DNA of 50,640 bases, filler included, from Dirinaria sp. TL-2023a (taxonomy: Eukaryota), in NCBI GenBank assembly GCA_051941275.1. It is 3 parts of 3 records of this genome, joined end to end, with 100 filler letters (N's around TTAATTAATTAA, not from the genome) between each part and the next. Parts side by side here need not be neighbours in the genome. Positions count along the whole stretch, not along the records: positions 16,943 to 33,783 come from JAVEBF010000472.1; positions 33,884 to 50,640 come from JAVEBF010000473.1; 1 more part is not named here. One strand, written 5' to 3'. This document shows positions 22,972-34,192 of the stretch, one piece after another. Position 1 is the first letter of the stretch. Every line of letters starts with the position of its first letter. Position numbers and translations under genes: made by a program. Under the pieces are notes generated by a model. It saw nothing but the letters and a program-made list of their open reading frames with translations. It was not told where the DNA came from and searched no databases.

Positions 22972-25559
22972 ATGAAGAAAGCATTTGCTGACGATGATCC
23001 ACCTCCGCCTCCAGCACCTGTACCTCTCGACGAGTCGTTGGAACCTCCTCCGCCGCCCCCGGAAGCCTCAGCGCCTCCACCACCACCAGAAGACCTTCCT
23101 CCTCCTCCGCCACCCTCAACACTGAATGGCGACCCCCCTCCCCCGCCTCGAGCAGCACCTAGAAAGCAAAAGTCCGGATGGGGATCTTCAAGCAATCGAC
23201 AACCTGTGAGCGTGGAAGAGTTGTTGCGAAAGAAGAAAGAGGCTGATGAGGCCGCAGCAAAGGTATGAATTCTGAAGCCAATCTTGAGCTATTCAACGTT
23301 TACAAAGTATCTCTCCAGACTTCAACGGGTTCGACTAACAAGATGCCCTTTTTTTAGCCCAAATTTTTGTCCAAAGCGCAGCGTGAGAAGTTGGCATTGG
23401 AAAAGCGAGCGCAAGAAGTGCAAGAGCAAAAAAGGAAAGCCCAGTCCGAAAAGCCTCGGACAAATGGCGTCAGTGAAGATGCACCGCGTCGTGAGCGAAC
23501 CGGCGCTACTGTACCAGCAACTAATGGAATCAACGGCTTTGCGAAACCAGCAATACCTACAGGCCCGAGGGCTCTTCGACCGGGCGAGATTCCCACTGGG
23601 CCTGCAGCCATGCGTACATCTCAGCCGAACAAAGGTTACGACATGGCGCCTCCACCACCACCCAAGCCATCAGTCACAGGGAACTCGACAGCGAAATCAG
23701 AGAAACGGCCAGCCATTGAAGAGGCCCAGCAGAACCTGATAAGGCAACGCTACATGGGCGCCGATCAAAATCAGTCTACCTTTTCTGCGAAGAAAAAGCG
23801 ACGGCGCACTACGGAAAAGAAGTTCAATTTTGAGTGGAATGCTGAGGAGGATACAAGTCCTGACTACAATCCACTCTACCAAGCACGTGCGGAAGCTAAT
23901 TTCTATGGTCGAGGCCGTCTTGGGGGTTTCTCTGACGACCTGTCGGACGGTGTGGCCCAGAAGTATGCGAGAGCTCTGCAAGAGCGAGATCATGAATCCG
24001 GGAGTGCTAGGGCTCTGGAGATGTTGGAGATGGAGCGGAGGCGGAAGGAAGAAGGCGGCAGGAATGCTCTTGACAAGCATTGGAGCGAGAAGAAACTGGA
24101 ATATATGCGAGAAAGAGACTGGCGTATCTTCAAAGAAGACTTCAATATCAGTACCAAAGGCGGTGCCATACCGAACCCCATGCGGTCATGGGCAGAATCT
24201 GGGCTTCCAAAACGCCTATTGGACGTTGTGGATCAAGTGGGCTACACAGAACCGTCACCGGTTCAAAGAGCTGCCATACCCATAGCACTCCAGTCACGAG
24301 ACCTTATCGGTGTTGCCGTCACAGGCTCTGGCAAAACCGCAGCTTTCCTTCTTCCTCTGCTAGTCTACATTTCCGAACTTCCTGCACTAAATGAATTGAC
24401 TAAGAACGATGGACCCTACGCAATCATTCTGGCGCCGACACGCGAATTGGCCCAACAGATCGAGATAGAAGCGCGCAAATTTGCTACACCTCTTGGCTTT
24501 ACCTGCGTTAGTATCGTAGGCGGTCATTCCCTCGAAGAGCAATCCTACAGCCTGCGCAATGGTGCTGAAATCGTCATCGCCACTCCTGGTCGACTTGTCG
24601 ATTGCATCGAGCGTCGAGTCCTGGTTCTCGGCCAGTGTTGCTATGTAATCATGGATGAAGCAGACAGGATGATCGACCTCGGTTTTGAAGACCCGGTCAA
24701 TAAGATCCTTGATGCCTTACCCGTGGCAAACATGAAGCCTGATAGCGAGGAGGCCGAAGATTCCCTTGTCATGAGTCAGCATTTGGGCGGCAAAGACCGC
24801 TACAGGCAGACTATGATGTATACAGCTACTATGCCTTCTGCAGTCGAGCGTATTGCGCGAAAATATCTCCGTCGCCCAGCTATCGTAACGATAGGAAACG
24901 TGGGCGAAGCCGTTGAAACAGTCGAGCAGCGCGTCGAATTCGTGGCCGGCGAAGATAAGCGTAAGAAACGCCTTCAGGACATTTTGTCATCCCGCGAATT
25001 CGCTCCACCTATCATTGTCTTCGTCAACATCAAACGTAACTGCGATGCTGTGGCCAGGGACATCAAGCACATGGGCTTTTCATCCGTTACGCTGCATGGG
25101 AGCAAGACGCAAGAGCAAAGAGAAGCGGCGTTGGGATCTGTGCGCAATGGGACTACGGATGTGCTCGTTGCCACAGACTTAGCGGGCAGAGGTATTGATG
25201 TCCCAGACGTCAGCTTAGTGGTCAATTTCAATATGGCGACCAACATTGAGAGCTACACACATCGGATTGGACGGACAGGTCGTGCGGGCAAAAGTGGTGT
25301 TGCGATCACATTCCTGGGCAATGAAGATTCGGACGTTATGTTAGTATTCCTCGGAGATAATGATGTTCACGCGAGGCATCTTTTGCTGACCGGAAGCTAC
25401 AGGTACGATCTCAAGCAGATGCTGATGAAAAGCTCGATATCGAGAGTGCCGGAGGAATTGAGAAAGCATGAGGCTGCGCAGCAGAAAAGCCAGAAAGGTG
25501 GTGGGCAGAAGAAGATCGAGGATAGTGGTGGGTTTGGTGGGAAAGGCGGTTGGCAGTAG
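22972..25559 (+). CDS. PRP28: Pre-mRNA splicing DEAD-box helicase Prp28
   Basis: KKFNFEW, MRERDWRIFKEDF, AVTGSGKT, PTRELA, DEAD, YTATM, HRIGRTGRAG. Introns 23263-23357 and 25340-25402. Start uncertain. Confidence 0.95.
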
Positions 25560-26558
25560 CATACTTCATTACTACTCATGGTCTTGAAAGATCCTACGGT
25601 ATATGGAGAGGAATTTCTCAGGTACGGCTTACTCAAGAAGACTCAACCCAATGTCCGAATGTGTACGAGTACAGCTGTTCGTGGCTAGTCCAATTCGAAG
25701 GCAAAGCCATGATGGCCTTCTCTTAATTGCATACCCATGGTGATAACAACAGCTTGCAGCTCTCCTAGTGGCCATTGACTAAAGGCTCCGTGCGACTCCA
25801 GCTCTTGGGAGTTGGTGCACTTTCACATGTGGTACATTACGCACAATGACAGTATCGATGTCGCTGAAGGCGGAGTCACGTGAAACAAGTCGAATCCTTT
25901 CTATCTTCTCTCTTGACTTCGTGTCAACGTAAACAAACGTCAATCACACAGAACAATCGACGCTGACGACGTGGATTTCGAGTCCAGACGCGTGTAGCAG
26001 ATCAGGCCACAGTTGTCATCACGAGCACACACTGCTTCCACTATGCCCTCATCGTCAACAGGAGGATACTTGGCTCTATTGACATTGCAATAGGTTCGTA
26101 GCCGGCACCACGTACAGGTGATCCTCATCGCCGGCCATCTCTTACCTCAGCCTTTATTTTGGCAAAGTACCTACAGTACTTAGTCCTATGGGGATAGACC
26201 GGAAGAAATTCCGCATGACCATGGATTGACGGCGGGAGGCTTGCAGGTGCATTACTAGCCCGACAACCATAAGCTATCAAAAGGCTTACTCCTTGAGCCA
26301 CTTCCTGTCAGAGAACCCCCCGCTCCAGAAACTATCTAGTAGGTTATGACCGCTTCTTGATGGTTCCGACATTCAATTAGAATTCCCTTGGGGCTGCTGC
26401 ACACCTGCGTCGCTGATCTCTTCAGCGCCCACCTCTCTGGGATATGAGGGGGGCCTGGCTCATGATTGGCACAGCGTGTTGCACTACTTATAAGTCTTGA
26501 TCAGGTTTTACCTCTCCTCTCCAGATCTCCCACGTCTCCGTACCTTTGTCAAATTAAG

Positions 26559-29500
26559 ATGTCAGGACTCGAAGTTCTGGGTGCTGCTGCCTCTGCGATA
26601 CAGTTCGCTGATGCTGCTTGGAAGATCTCGAAGCTCTTCTCTTCTCTCTCTTCGCACGTGAAAGATACACCTTCATCCGTTCTCAAACGTAAAGCGCAAA
26701 TTGAACATCTGGCCGAAATTGCACGTGTCATCAAGAATAGCCTAGTATTGCAGACTGACTTAATCGCTTCGCTACTGAGAGCTTGTGTTCAAGAGATCGG
26801 AGAACTCGAGGGCTTATTATCGAAATTGGTGGATGGTGCGACCTCGGGGCGCATAACTCGATACTGGAAAGCAATTGGTGGTATTCAGACTGAGAAGCGT
26901 ATTTCTGCGATATGCGAACGGCTGGAGCGAGAGAAAACAGCAATCATTCTTTGTATAGTCAGCATAGACGCGTAAATACCATCTCTTTTGCACAAGCACG
27001 GCGGTGGCTGACGTGGAATAGCAATACGACGTCCAAGATTGGTGAAGATGTAGGCCAAGTCATTCAAGATTTACCTTCCCTTCAAGAAACAGCGAAAGGG
27101 GTTTCAGTGCTGTTAGACGAAGTCAAGGATGTTAAGCTGATGACCGCAACACTCCGGGATGATTTGGCAAATCTTGTGCAGAGCTTGCGGACCCTGTCCA
27201 GCACGATAGAGCCTTCTGAATCGTCTTTGTCTTCACACGGTGGACTGAGTAGCGGCGACCCTACAGTCATTAAAGCAAATTTAGAAGCACTCCAAAATTC
27301 TCTGCACAACCTGACGGTTAGTTGAGCCCAATTCATCCTCCAGTATCAATTGGCCTCGATCTGACTAATTGCCAAGTTGTGCGACTCTCAACCACTTTCC
27401 GATCAGCCAGGTAGCCATTCGGATGGACGCTGTTCACAAGGTTAGCATGTATCAGAATCTAGTTCTACGTCCATTGACCCATTATTTTAGAGAAATTCAA
27501 CCGTTGCATAGCATCGCTTACAGTCGCCGAGCAGGTGAGAATTATTGAGAACAACGTCAATCAGAGTCCACAAAGCTGCCAGTGGTTTTTGCATGATCCA
27601 AGATTTGAAGGCTGGAAGAATAGTCCAAATGCGCAATTGATGTATCTGTCGGCTCGAGCAGGCTGTGGAAAAACCACAATCGCTTCACATGTTGTGCACA
27701 ATCTGATAACAATGAGCGCGAATAGTGGCAAAGATTCGAATGGCATGGGCTCGACAGACACAGGAAGCGATCTGCAGAAACCTGTCTTCTTCTTTTTCAG
27801 CAAAAACGGCAGAGAGCGTGAAAATACCGTCGTTGTCGCTCTCTGCACGATGATCGATCAGCTTTGCAGGCGTTACCCTCTCTTGTCTCGGTTCCTAGAA
27901 GAATATTACGATTCAAATGTGACAAAAGGTACCATTGTCTGGTCAGCAGAGCTTCTTTTACAACTTTTCATTGATATGTTGCGGGGGATCAAAAATGAGA
28001 GGCCACTCTATATCGTGATTGACGCCATTGACGAGTGTCAAGACGGTTCTGGTGAAGACCTCGTCTGCTCTTTGAACTCTGTAGCGCAAGAACAAGGCGG
28101 TTCCGAGCACTGTGCTGGAATTACAAAGATTTTGGTCACAGGTCGACGAGAGGAAGGAATCATAGATTTAATTGAACCTTCGCAACATTTCGAGATGACC
28201 AAGGAGCAGACGGAGAAAGATATTGAGGGGCTGATCGAAGAGGGTGTGGAGAAACTTGCAGCACGGAGATCGCTCAACAGCGGCGTCCGCAACGTGATCT
28301 CAAATTTCCTGAAAGAAAATTCTGCGGGCATGTTTCTGTGGGTAAATTTGGTTCTCAAAGAGCTAGGAACGAGAGACCGACCCTTTACAGACGAGACCAT
28401 AGCTTTGAAGCTGAGCTCAGTACCTGTAACACTTGGGGATGTTTACGAATCGATCATTCGAGAAACACCTCCTGCTAGTATAAGTTCCTTCTGGAGGGTC
28501 ATACGCTGGCTTCTATACAGCAAAGGTCAACTCCATGTCACACAGCTTAGAGCTCTCCTCTGCTTGGAACTCGGTTCTTCAACGTGGCACGGCTTCAGAA
28601 GGGACGTCGAATATTTCTGCCGCTCTTTTGTCCGGTTCGAGACTGAATTGTTACCCTCGACCTACAAATCAAGCGCTGGAAACGCACACCAGCCTGTTCC
28701 CATCTATTCCGCGCCGGGAGCCCGTATCGATGTGGAATCTGTATCTGCAGAACCTCAAAATGAGTCTTGTTACGTGCAATTGATCCATCAAACGGCCAGG
28801 GATTTCCTCCATCCCTATGTTAAGAGAATCTCGATGGAAGAGACTGGCGGTATTGAGATGAAAGCTCAACAGGCAGAGACTCATCTGGCGACAATTTGTA
28901 TCAGACTACTGCAACCAGATCTATTGCAAAAGCGCTTTGGAGACTTGACGGGAAGTGATTTCTCAAGAATCTTCACATCTCTCGACTCACATCCCGAGGT
29001 TTGCTACGCCGCGGACCATTGGGCAAAACATCTTGCTTCCGCCGGTACACCCAGCGCTTCGCTCTTGTCCTTGACAAAGCAGCTGCTCAAGACACAGGGA
29101 GCCAGAAACCTGCTAATGAAATTTGCATATTTCTTCAAACACGGTAGGTGCACAGGGATCCCCAAAGGTTCCCCGCTGCACCTTGCTTGCTACTTTAACT
29201 TGCCATGGCTAGTCCAAGACTATTTGAAAGTTGAAAAAGAACATCCCAATACCTTAGCGGACGCTTCAGATACACCGCTCATTTGGGCATCAGAAATGGG
29301 GGCCATACAATGTGCAGAGGCACTTCTCGAGGCCGGCGCTGATCCGAACCGCAGGGAGTATGATGGATGGTCAGCACTTCATTGGACGGCCACAAACAGA
29401 CACACCGATCTCTGTGAGCTTCTGCTTAAACATGGTGCCGACCCTAGCGTAAAAGATACTCGAGGCTCCAAACCTCTAGACTGGGCTGTTGAGCGAGGTT

Positions 29501-29607
29501 GTGAAGATATCGTGAGGCTACTGTCGGGCGAATTGGCATTTCGCAATACTCCCCGTCGCGTCAAAGGTTCACGCAGGGGAAAAGTTTGGCAGAAGTCTGC
29601 GAGCTAG
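26559..29607 (+). CDS. Fungal NLR-like STAND protein: SesA/HeLo-like helical N-terminus, NACHT, ankyrin repeats
   Basis: MSGLEVLGAAASAIQFAD N-terminus, P-loop ARAGCGKT, Walker B YIVIDAIDEC, KILVTGR, GMFLWV, LIHQTARDFL, YAADHW, ankyrins (SPLHLAC, TPLIWAS, SALHWTA, KPLDWAV). Three GT-AG introns keep the frame open. Confidence 0.88.
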
Positions 29608-30950
29608 AGACGCTAATGCGAACAGCTCTTTTCTAAATATAGGAAGATTAATAGATTCAAGAATCTTCAGCCTGAGGCATTTTTCATTGCCACAGCTCTC
29701 ATAGGTGCGAGGCTAGCTCTTGGTTGAATCAATGTTGGTTTCAATATTGTAAACTGAACAAGGAGTCGAGCCTTTGTACAGTGTTGGAACCGCTAGCGTT
29801 CCTACCAATATCTTCATGCACAACACTGCGATGGACAAACTCGGCTTACTGAAGTGGGACCACACTTACTGCGCCCAACGCTGATGTGGTAGTCCGTCTG
29901 AAGAGTAAGCAAGCTGGCACTGAGACCTAAAGATACGAAAAACAACGCCAATGCAAGGATTTCCTCGTGCATCGCATCGTGATGCCTCAGGAGGATCTAC
30001 TGTCAAGGCTTTCGCGTCGGCCTTTCACATTATTGCCCTTATATTTTTCGGCGGGTGCTTTCACTGTGGAGCAATAAAATGCTATTAGATAGTGAAACTG
30101 CAAAGTTGCGCTTCTGGGTCAGAGTTGAGATATCCTGGTTTTATATTCGAATTGGGTTGGAGAGGGGAGAGGAGGGACAATGAGCACGTCTGTGTGCGTA
30201 TTCCATGATAATCATACCCGAATCTCAGATACACCCAAAGACAGTTATCAACGATTCAGAAAGAAATTCAAAGCGTTCAATCACTTTCTTCCAAAGCCTT
30301 GCTCATTACGCTGATATCTTAGGATATCCTGGGATTCATGTTCTTCCAATGACCTATTTCGCCACAGTAGCCGTAGAATAAAGCGAGACTATATTGGGGA
30401 GAATTTCTGGGGTAATCAGAAGGCGTACTCTATGGGTTAAGGCAAATTATAGAGTACGTCGGGTATTTGGTAGTACATTGAGGTAGGGTACTTAGGTAAG
30501 AAGGTAAGCCACTAGAGTCTTCAACTGAGGCCGCCGGGGCACCAACCAAAATCACCACCTGGACGCTCCAACTGGCTCATTAGAGTGCCGCTGTGCCCGC
30601 CAAAGCGCAACCGTAGTCGCCTAGAGGACACATAGTCTTGGCGTGAATGGTTTTAGCCTGGAATAAGGGAGGGTACCTTAAGGTACTCATACCTCACTAA
30701 GGTACGGTGGTAAGGTACATTATTGGGTACCTACCTTAGGGACGGGAGCTTTCGGTACCTCGGTGCCTTATGGAAACTGATGGCCCTAAGAGAACCCTAT
30801 GAAGCTGGTGCCCTATCTCGGTATTTACTCATGAACGCGACTTCTGGTGTTGGTAATTCGTGCCTTGACCTATCTCATTGCCTCGCAATGCTTGCAGCAT
30901 TAAACCTTCGCAGCTCTTGCTCTACATGCTGAGAATGTCAAAAAGTGACC

Positions 30951-32686
30951 ATGGCCGGCTCAAGAGCTGACACGCTTCTGCAACGCCCTTCGTATGTTGT
31001 GTGGCCTGCTTTCACGGGAAAATGGATACTTTCTAAGTGCAATTAGGGGAGAGGCATACGAAACCGCCGAGCGTCAAAGCTCACAGTACAAACCCCTTCA
31101 TAGCTTCAGACTTGCCAAAGGAGATCAGAAGCATTACCAGCAGCAGTATGGCGATATGTACTTTCTCCGGTTGGCGATGCTCAAGCCTGCGGTGGACGAG
31201 ATCGCTGCCGACGCCTGGGACGGCTCTGAGGTATCGAACATCTTTGAGTCTTCGCAGGTGATGATGCTCAGGTCTTTAGATAGCAGGGGAAAATGTACGG
31301 CGAGTCGAACGAGTGCTTGATGTGCGGCAGGGAGAATTTTGCTGGGTTTCAGGAACTGTCTACAAGGATATGCCATTGAAACCCAACATTCTCGACGACA
31401 TATCGAAAGACGTACGTGTAGCTCCACCAGAAGCCGCAGCAAGCGGGTTATTGTGGGTGCTTACGATTTCGCTAGCACTGGATATCTGCTCCACCGCCTC
31501 GGGAGAAATATATTTCTCCTTCTGGACAGGATCAAACGATGCTTGAGGATGAGTCCGGGCGCCTTCGGTTGACTGGAACAATTCTGCAAACAACCATGCT
31601 GGTCACAGGTTGTATCATAGCGGTCATGGGCACAGAGAATGCCAATGGCGAGTTCGAAGTTGTCGATATGAAAGTACCGGATCTGCCGCGGCAGCCACAG
31701 CGCTGGGAACGTGATGAGAGCTCAGCGCTACTGACAAATGGCGCTGGTAAAACGAAAATCGAGGACCAGAAAACAAAGAGCACCGGCGGAAAGATGGCTA
31801 TCGTTAGCGGCTTAGGCATTAGTGGCGACGAAGGTGACAACTTGACCCTAGATCTCTTGACTGAGTTCTTGATAGGCGAGGCAGGCGGAAACTCATCCCA
31901 GCAGGAAGCAAGCAAAATATCAAGACTCATTATAGCGGGTAACTCAATTATGGAAGCTACACCACTGGCCCCCCGAGATGATTTATCGGACAGGAAATCA
32001 AATAAAAAATATGGATATGACTCTGCGACCTACAATCCTGTCCCGACAGCTCATCTCGACGGGTTACTTGCTACGATTTTACCTTCTATGCCGATCACGC
32101 TCGTCCCAGGTGAAAGTGATCCAGCAAATGTGTCGCTGCCGCAGCAGCCTATTCACCCGGCAATGCTTCCGCACTGCCGGTCGTACGCCACTGTACCGGG
32201 GTCAGATGAAGCCGGATGGCTCGACAGCGTTACTAATCCTTGGGAAGGCGACATTGATGGCTGGAGGTTCATGGTGACAGGCGGACAACCCATAAACGAT
32301 GTTTTCAAATACACCGAGGGCGAAGACCGGCTCGAGATGATGGAGAGCCTATTGAGATGGAGATGTGGAGCGCCTACTGCTCCAGACACATTATGTGAGT
32401 GCTGAAGCTCTCATTTCGTTTGTGTGAGGTATCCTAACCATACACAGGGTGTTATCCGTTTCAGGATAAGGATCAATTTGTGATTGACGAATGTCCCCAC
32501 GTTTACATCGTTGGCAACCAACCAGCGTTTGATACAGTTGTGATTGAAGGGCCCGCGGGTCAGACTGTCCGCTTGATAGCTGTTCCAGCATTCAAAGACA
32601 CAGGCGAGCTTCTCTTGCTTGATACTGACACCCTTGAAGTGGAATCCGTTCTATTCCAGCTTCATGAAATGGATGACTCATATTAG
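30951..32686 (+). CDS. POL31: DNA polymerase delta small (B) subunit, multi-exon
   Basis: YQQQYGDMYFLRL, MPLKPNILDDI, LEDESGRLRL, LIIAGNS, DPANVSLPQQPIH, APTAPDTL, PHVYIVGNQ. Confidence 0.94.
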
Positions 32687-33016
32687 TTGCGCCATCTGAC
32701 CTCCTCGTTGACCGAAATTAAGCGTGGTACTTTAAGCCACATTTTCTGTTGAGGCTGTTTTTCATTTCTACAATGGGTAGTTTTGAGGATGGCCAAGCAT
32801 GGTCCCAAAAAATGTCTCATTCAACAAATACACTATATATATGCGTTTATTGCCTCATCTCCATTATTTCAAGGTTATCCCTCTCATTATCTCATGTCAT
32901 CTCTTCAATTACCCTTGATTGCCACTCCATAATCCCCATACCCAACATTTCTTACAGTCTTTAAAACCGCATATAATTTCCATCTCCACAATCTACCCCA
33001 ACAATCATCAACCACC

Positions 33017-33643
33017 ATGCCTCTCAGCAACGACTTCTTAACCCTCCTAACCCTCCCCACCCTGAAAGCACTAATCGATCACCTCGACGCCTACCCCAGC
33101 GTGCTCGAAACCTTCAAGACGCACTACAAGCCCATCATCGAGAGCGTCCTGGAATCATCATACCCGACCTGCTCACCCCTCCTCTTCTCCTCTCTCGCGG
33201 ACCACAACACGGAACTGCAAAGGCAGATCCTCATCTACATGAGCTTCACCGACCACCAACACCAACTCTCCGGCACGCTGCTTGCCGCACGCGCAGAATG
33301 CCTTCCTCGCCCCACCACATCATCATCATCATCATCATCATCATCACACAATGAGCAGCAGCCCCCCTCCTTCCTACCACGGCCTCAAGTGCCCCCTTTC
33401 CGCGACCCGGTGACCGCACTTCGCGCCGCGGTCGCCGTGGCCGAGGATCTGGAGCGAACGATCTTCATCCACGCGTGCAACGGCGACAGTGCCCGGGGAT
33501 TGGGCTGGCGTGTGAATTTTTGGCAGGGCAGGATCTTGGATTTGGTGGCGGGGCTGTTTTTTGAGGGCAGGAAGGGGAGGTTGAGGAGTGAGTTGGGGGT
33601 CTTTGGGACGAAGAGGTGGATTGGGAGGTTGGTTGGTTTATGA
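33017..33643 (+). CDS. Hypothetical protein, possibly degenerate F-box-like N-terminus; poly-Ser from (TCA)n
   Basis: 208 aa intronless ORF with ACCATG context and biased codon usage; family not confidently recognised. Confidence 0.6.
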   Translation: MPLSNDFLTLLTLPTLKALIDHLDAYPSVLETFKTHYKPIIESVLESSYPTCSPLLFSSLADHNTELQRQILIYMSFTDHQHQLSGTLLAARAECLPRPTTSSSSSSSSSHNEQQPPSFLPRPQVPPFRDPVTALRAAVAVAEDLERTIFIHACNGDSARGLGWRVNFWQGRILDLVAGLFFEGRKGRLRSELGVFGTKRWIGRLVGL

Positions 33644-33783
33644 GTTTTGTTGAGTGGGGCGAGGTGGGGTGATGAGGTGGGGATATGGGGTTTGTATATA
33701 TTGGTTGCGCAGGGGGGTTTTTTGGTGGGGGGAATTGATGGATTGTGAATAGGGGTTTTTTTTTTTTTTTTTTTTTTTTTTTT

Positions 33784-33883
33784 NNNNNNNNNNNNNNNNN
33801 NNNNNNNNNNNNNNNNNNNNNNNNNNNTTAATTAATTAANNNNNNNNNNNNNNNNNNNNNNNNNNNNNNNNNNNNNNNNNNNN
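33784..33883. other. Artificial assembly spacer
   Basis: Same 44 N + TTAATTAATTAA + 44 N; preceded by a long poly-T run. Confidence 0.97.
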
Positions 33884-34192
33884 AACAATATTCCATTAAG
33901 CATGGAGCATTCTTTATGGTTACTGAGGGATGCTGGTATAACATAGAGTAAAGCCATGCGACGATCGGAACCATTAGCTGATCACTGCATAATCATGTAT
34001 ACTGCCCCTTTCAGTGCTATAAGCTTCATACAGCTTTTGCAGCGCCAAGTGAGATCAAACGAAATTTTCCTTCTGCAGGCAGCATTGTAGCTCATTGTTG
34101 CCCCCTTTGATTCGCGGTTCAGCTCTTTTGCTATTCTCTCCACATCGGAACCTGCCAACTTCATTCATGTTCCGTCGTAGATTGCGATCTTT

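Noticed and set aside
22605..22972. Divergent gene pairs with short shared promoters (also TRM8/VPS25 and NUT2/ARK1)
   Set aside because: Ordinary in compact ascomycete genomes; no functional link evident
30470..30770. CRISPR-like or telomeric array
   Set aside because: No fixed repeat-spacer period and no tandem TTAGGG; eukaryotic gene context
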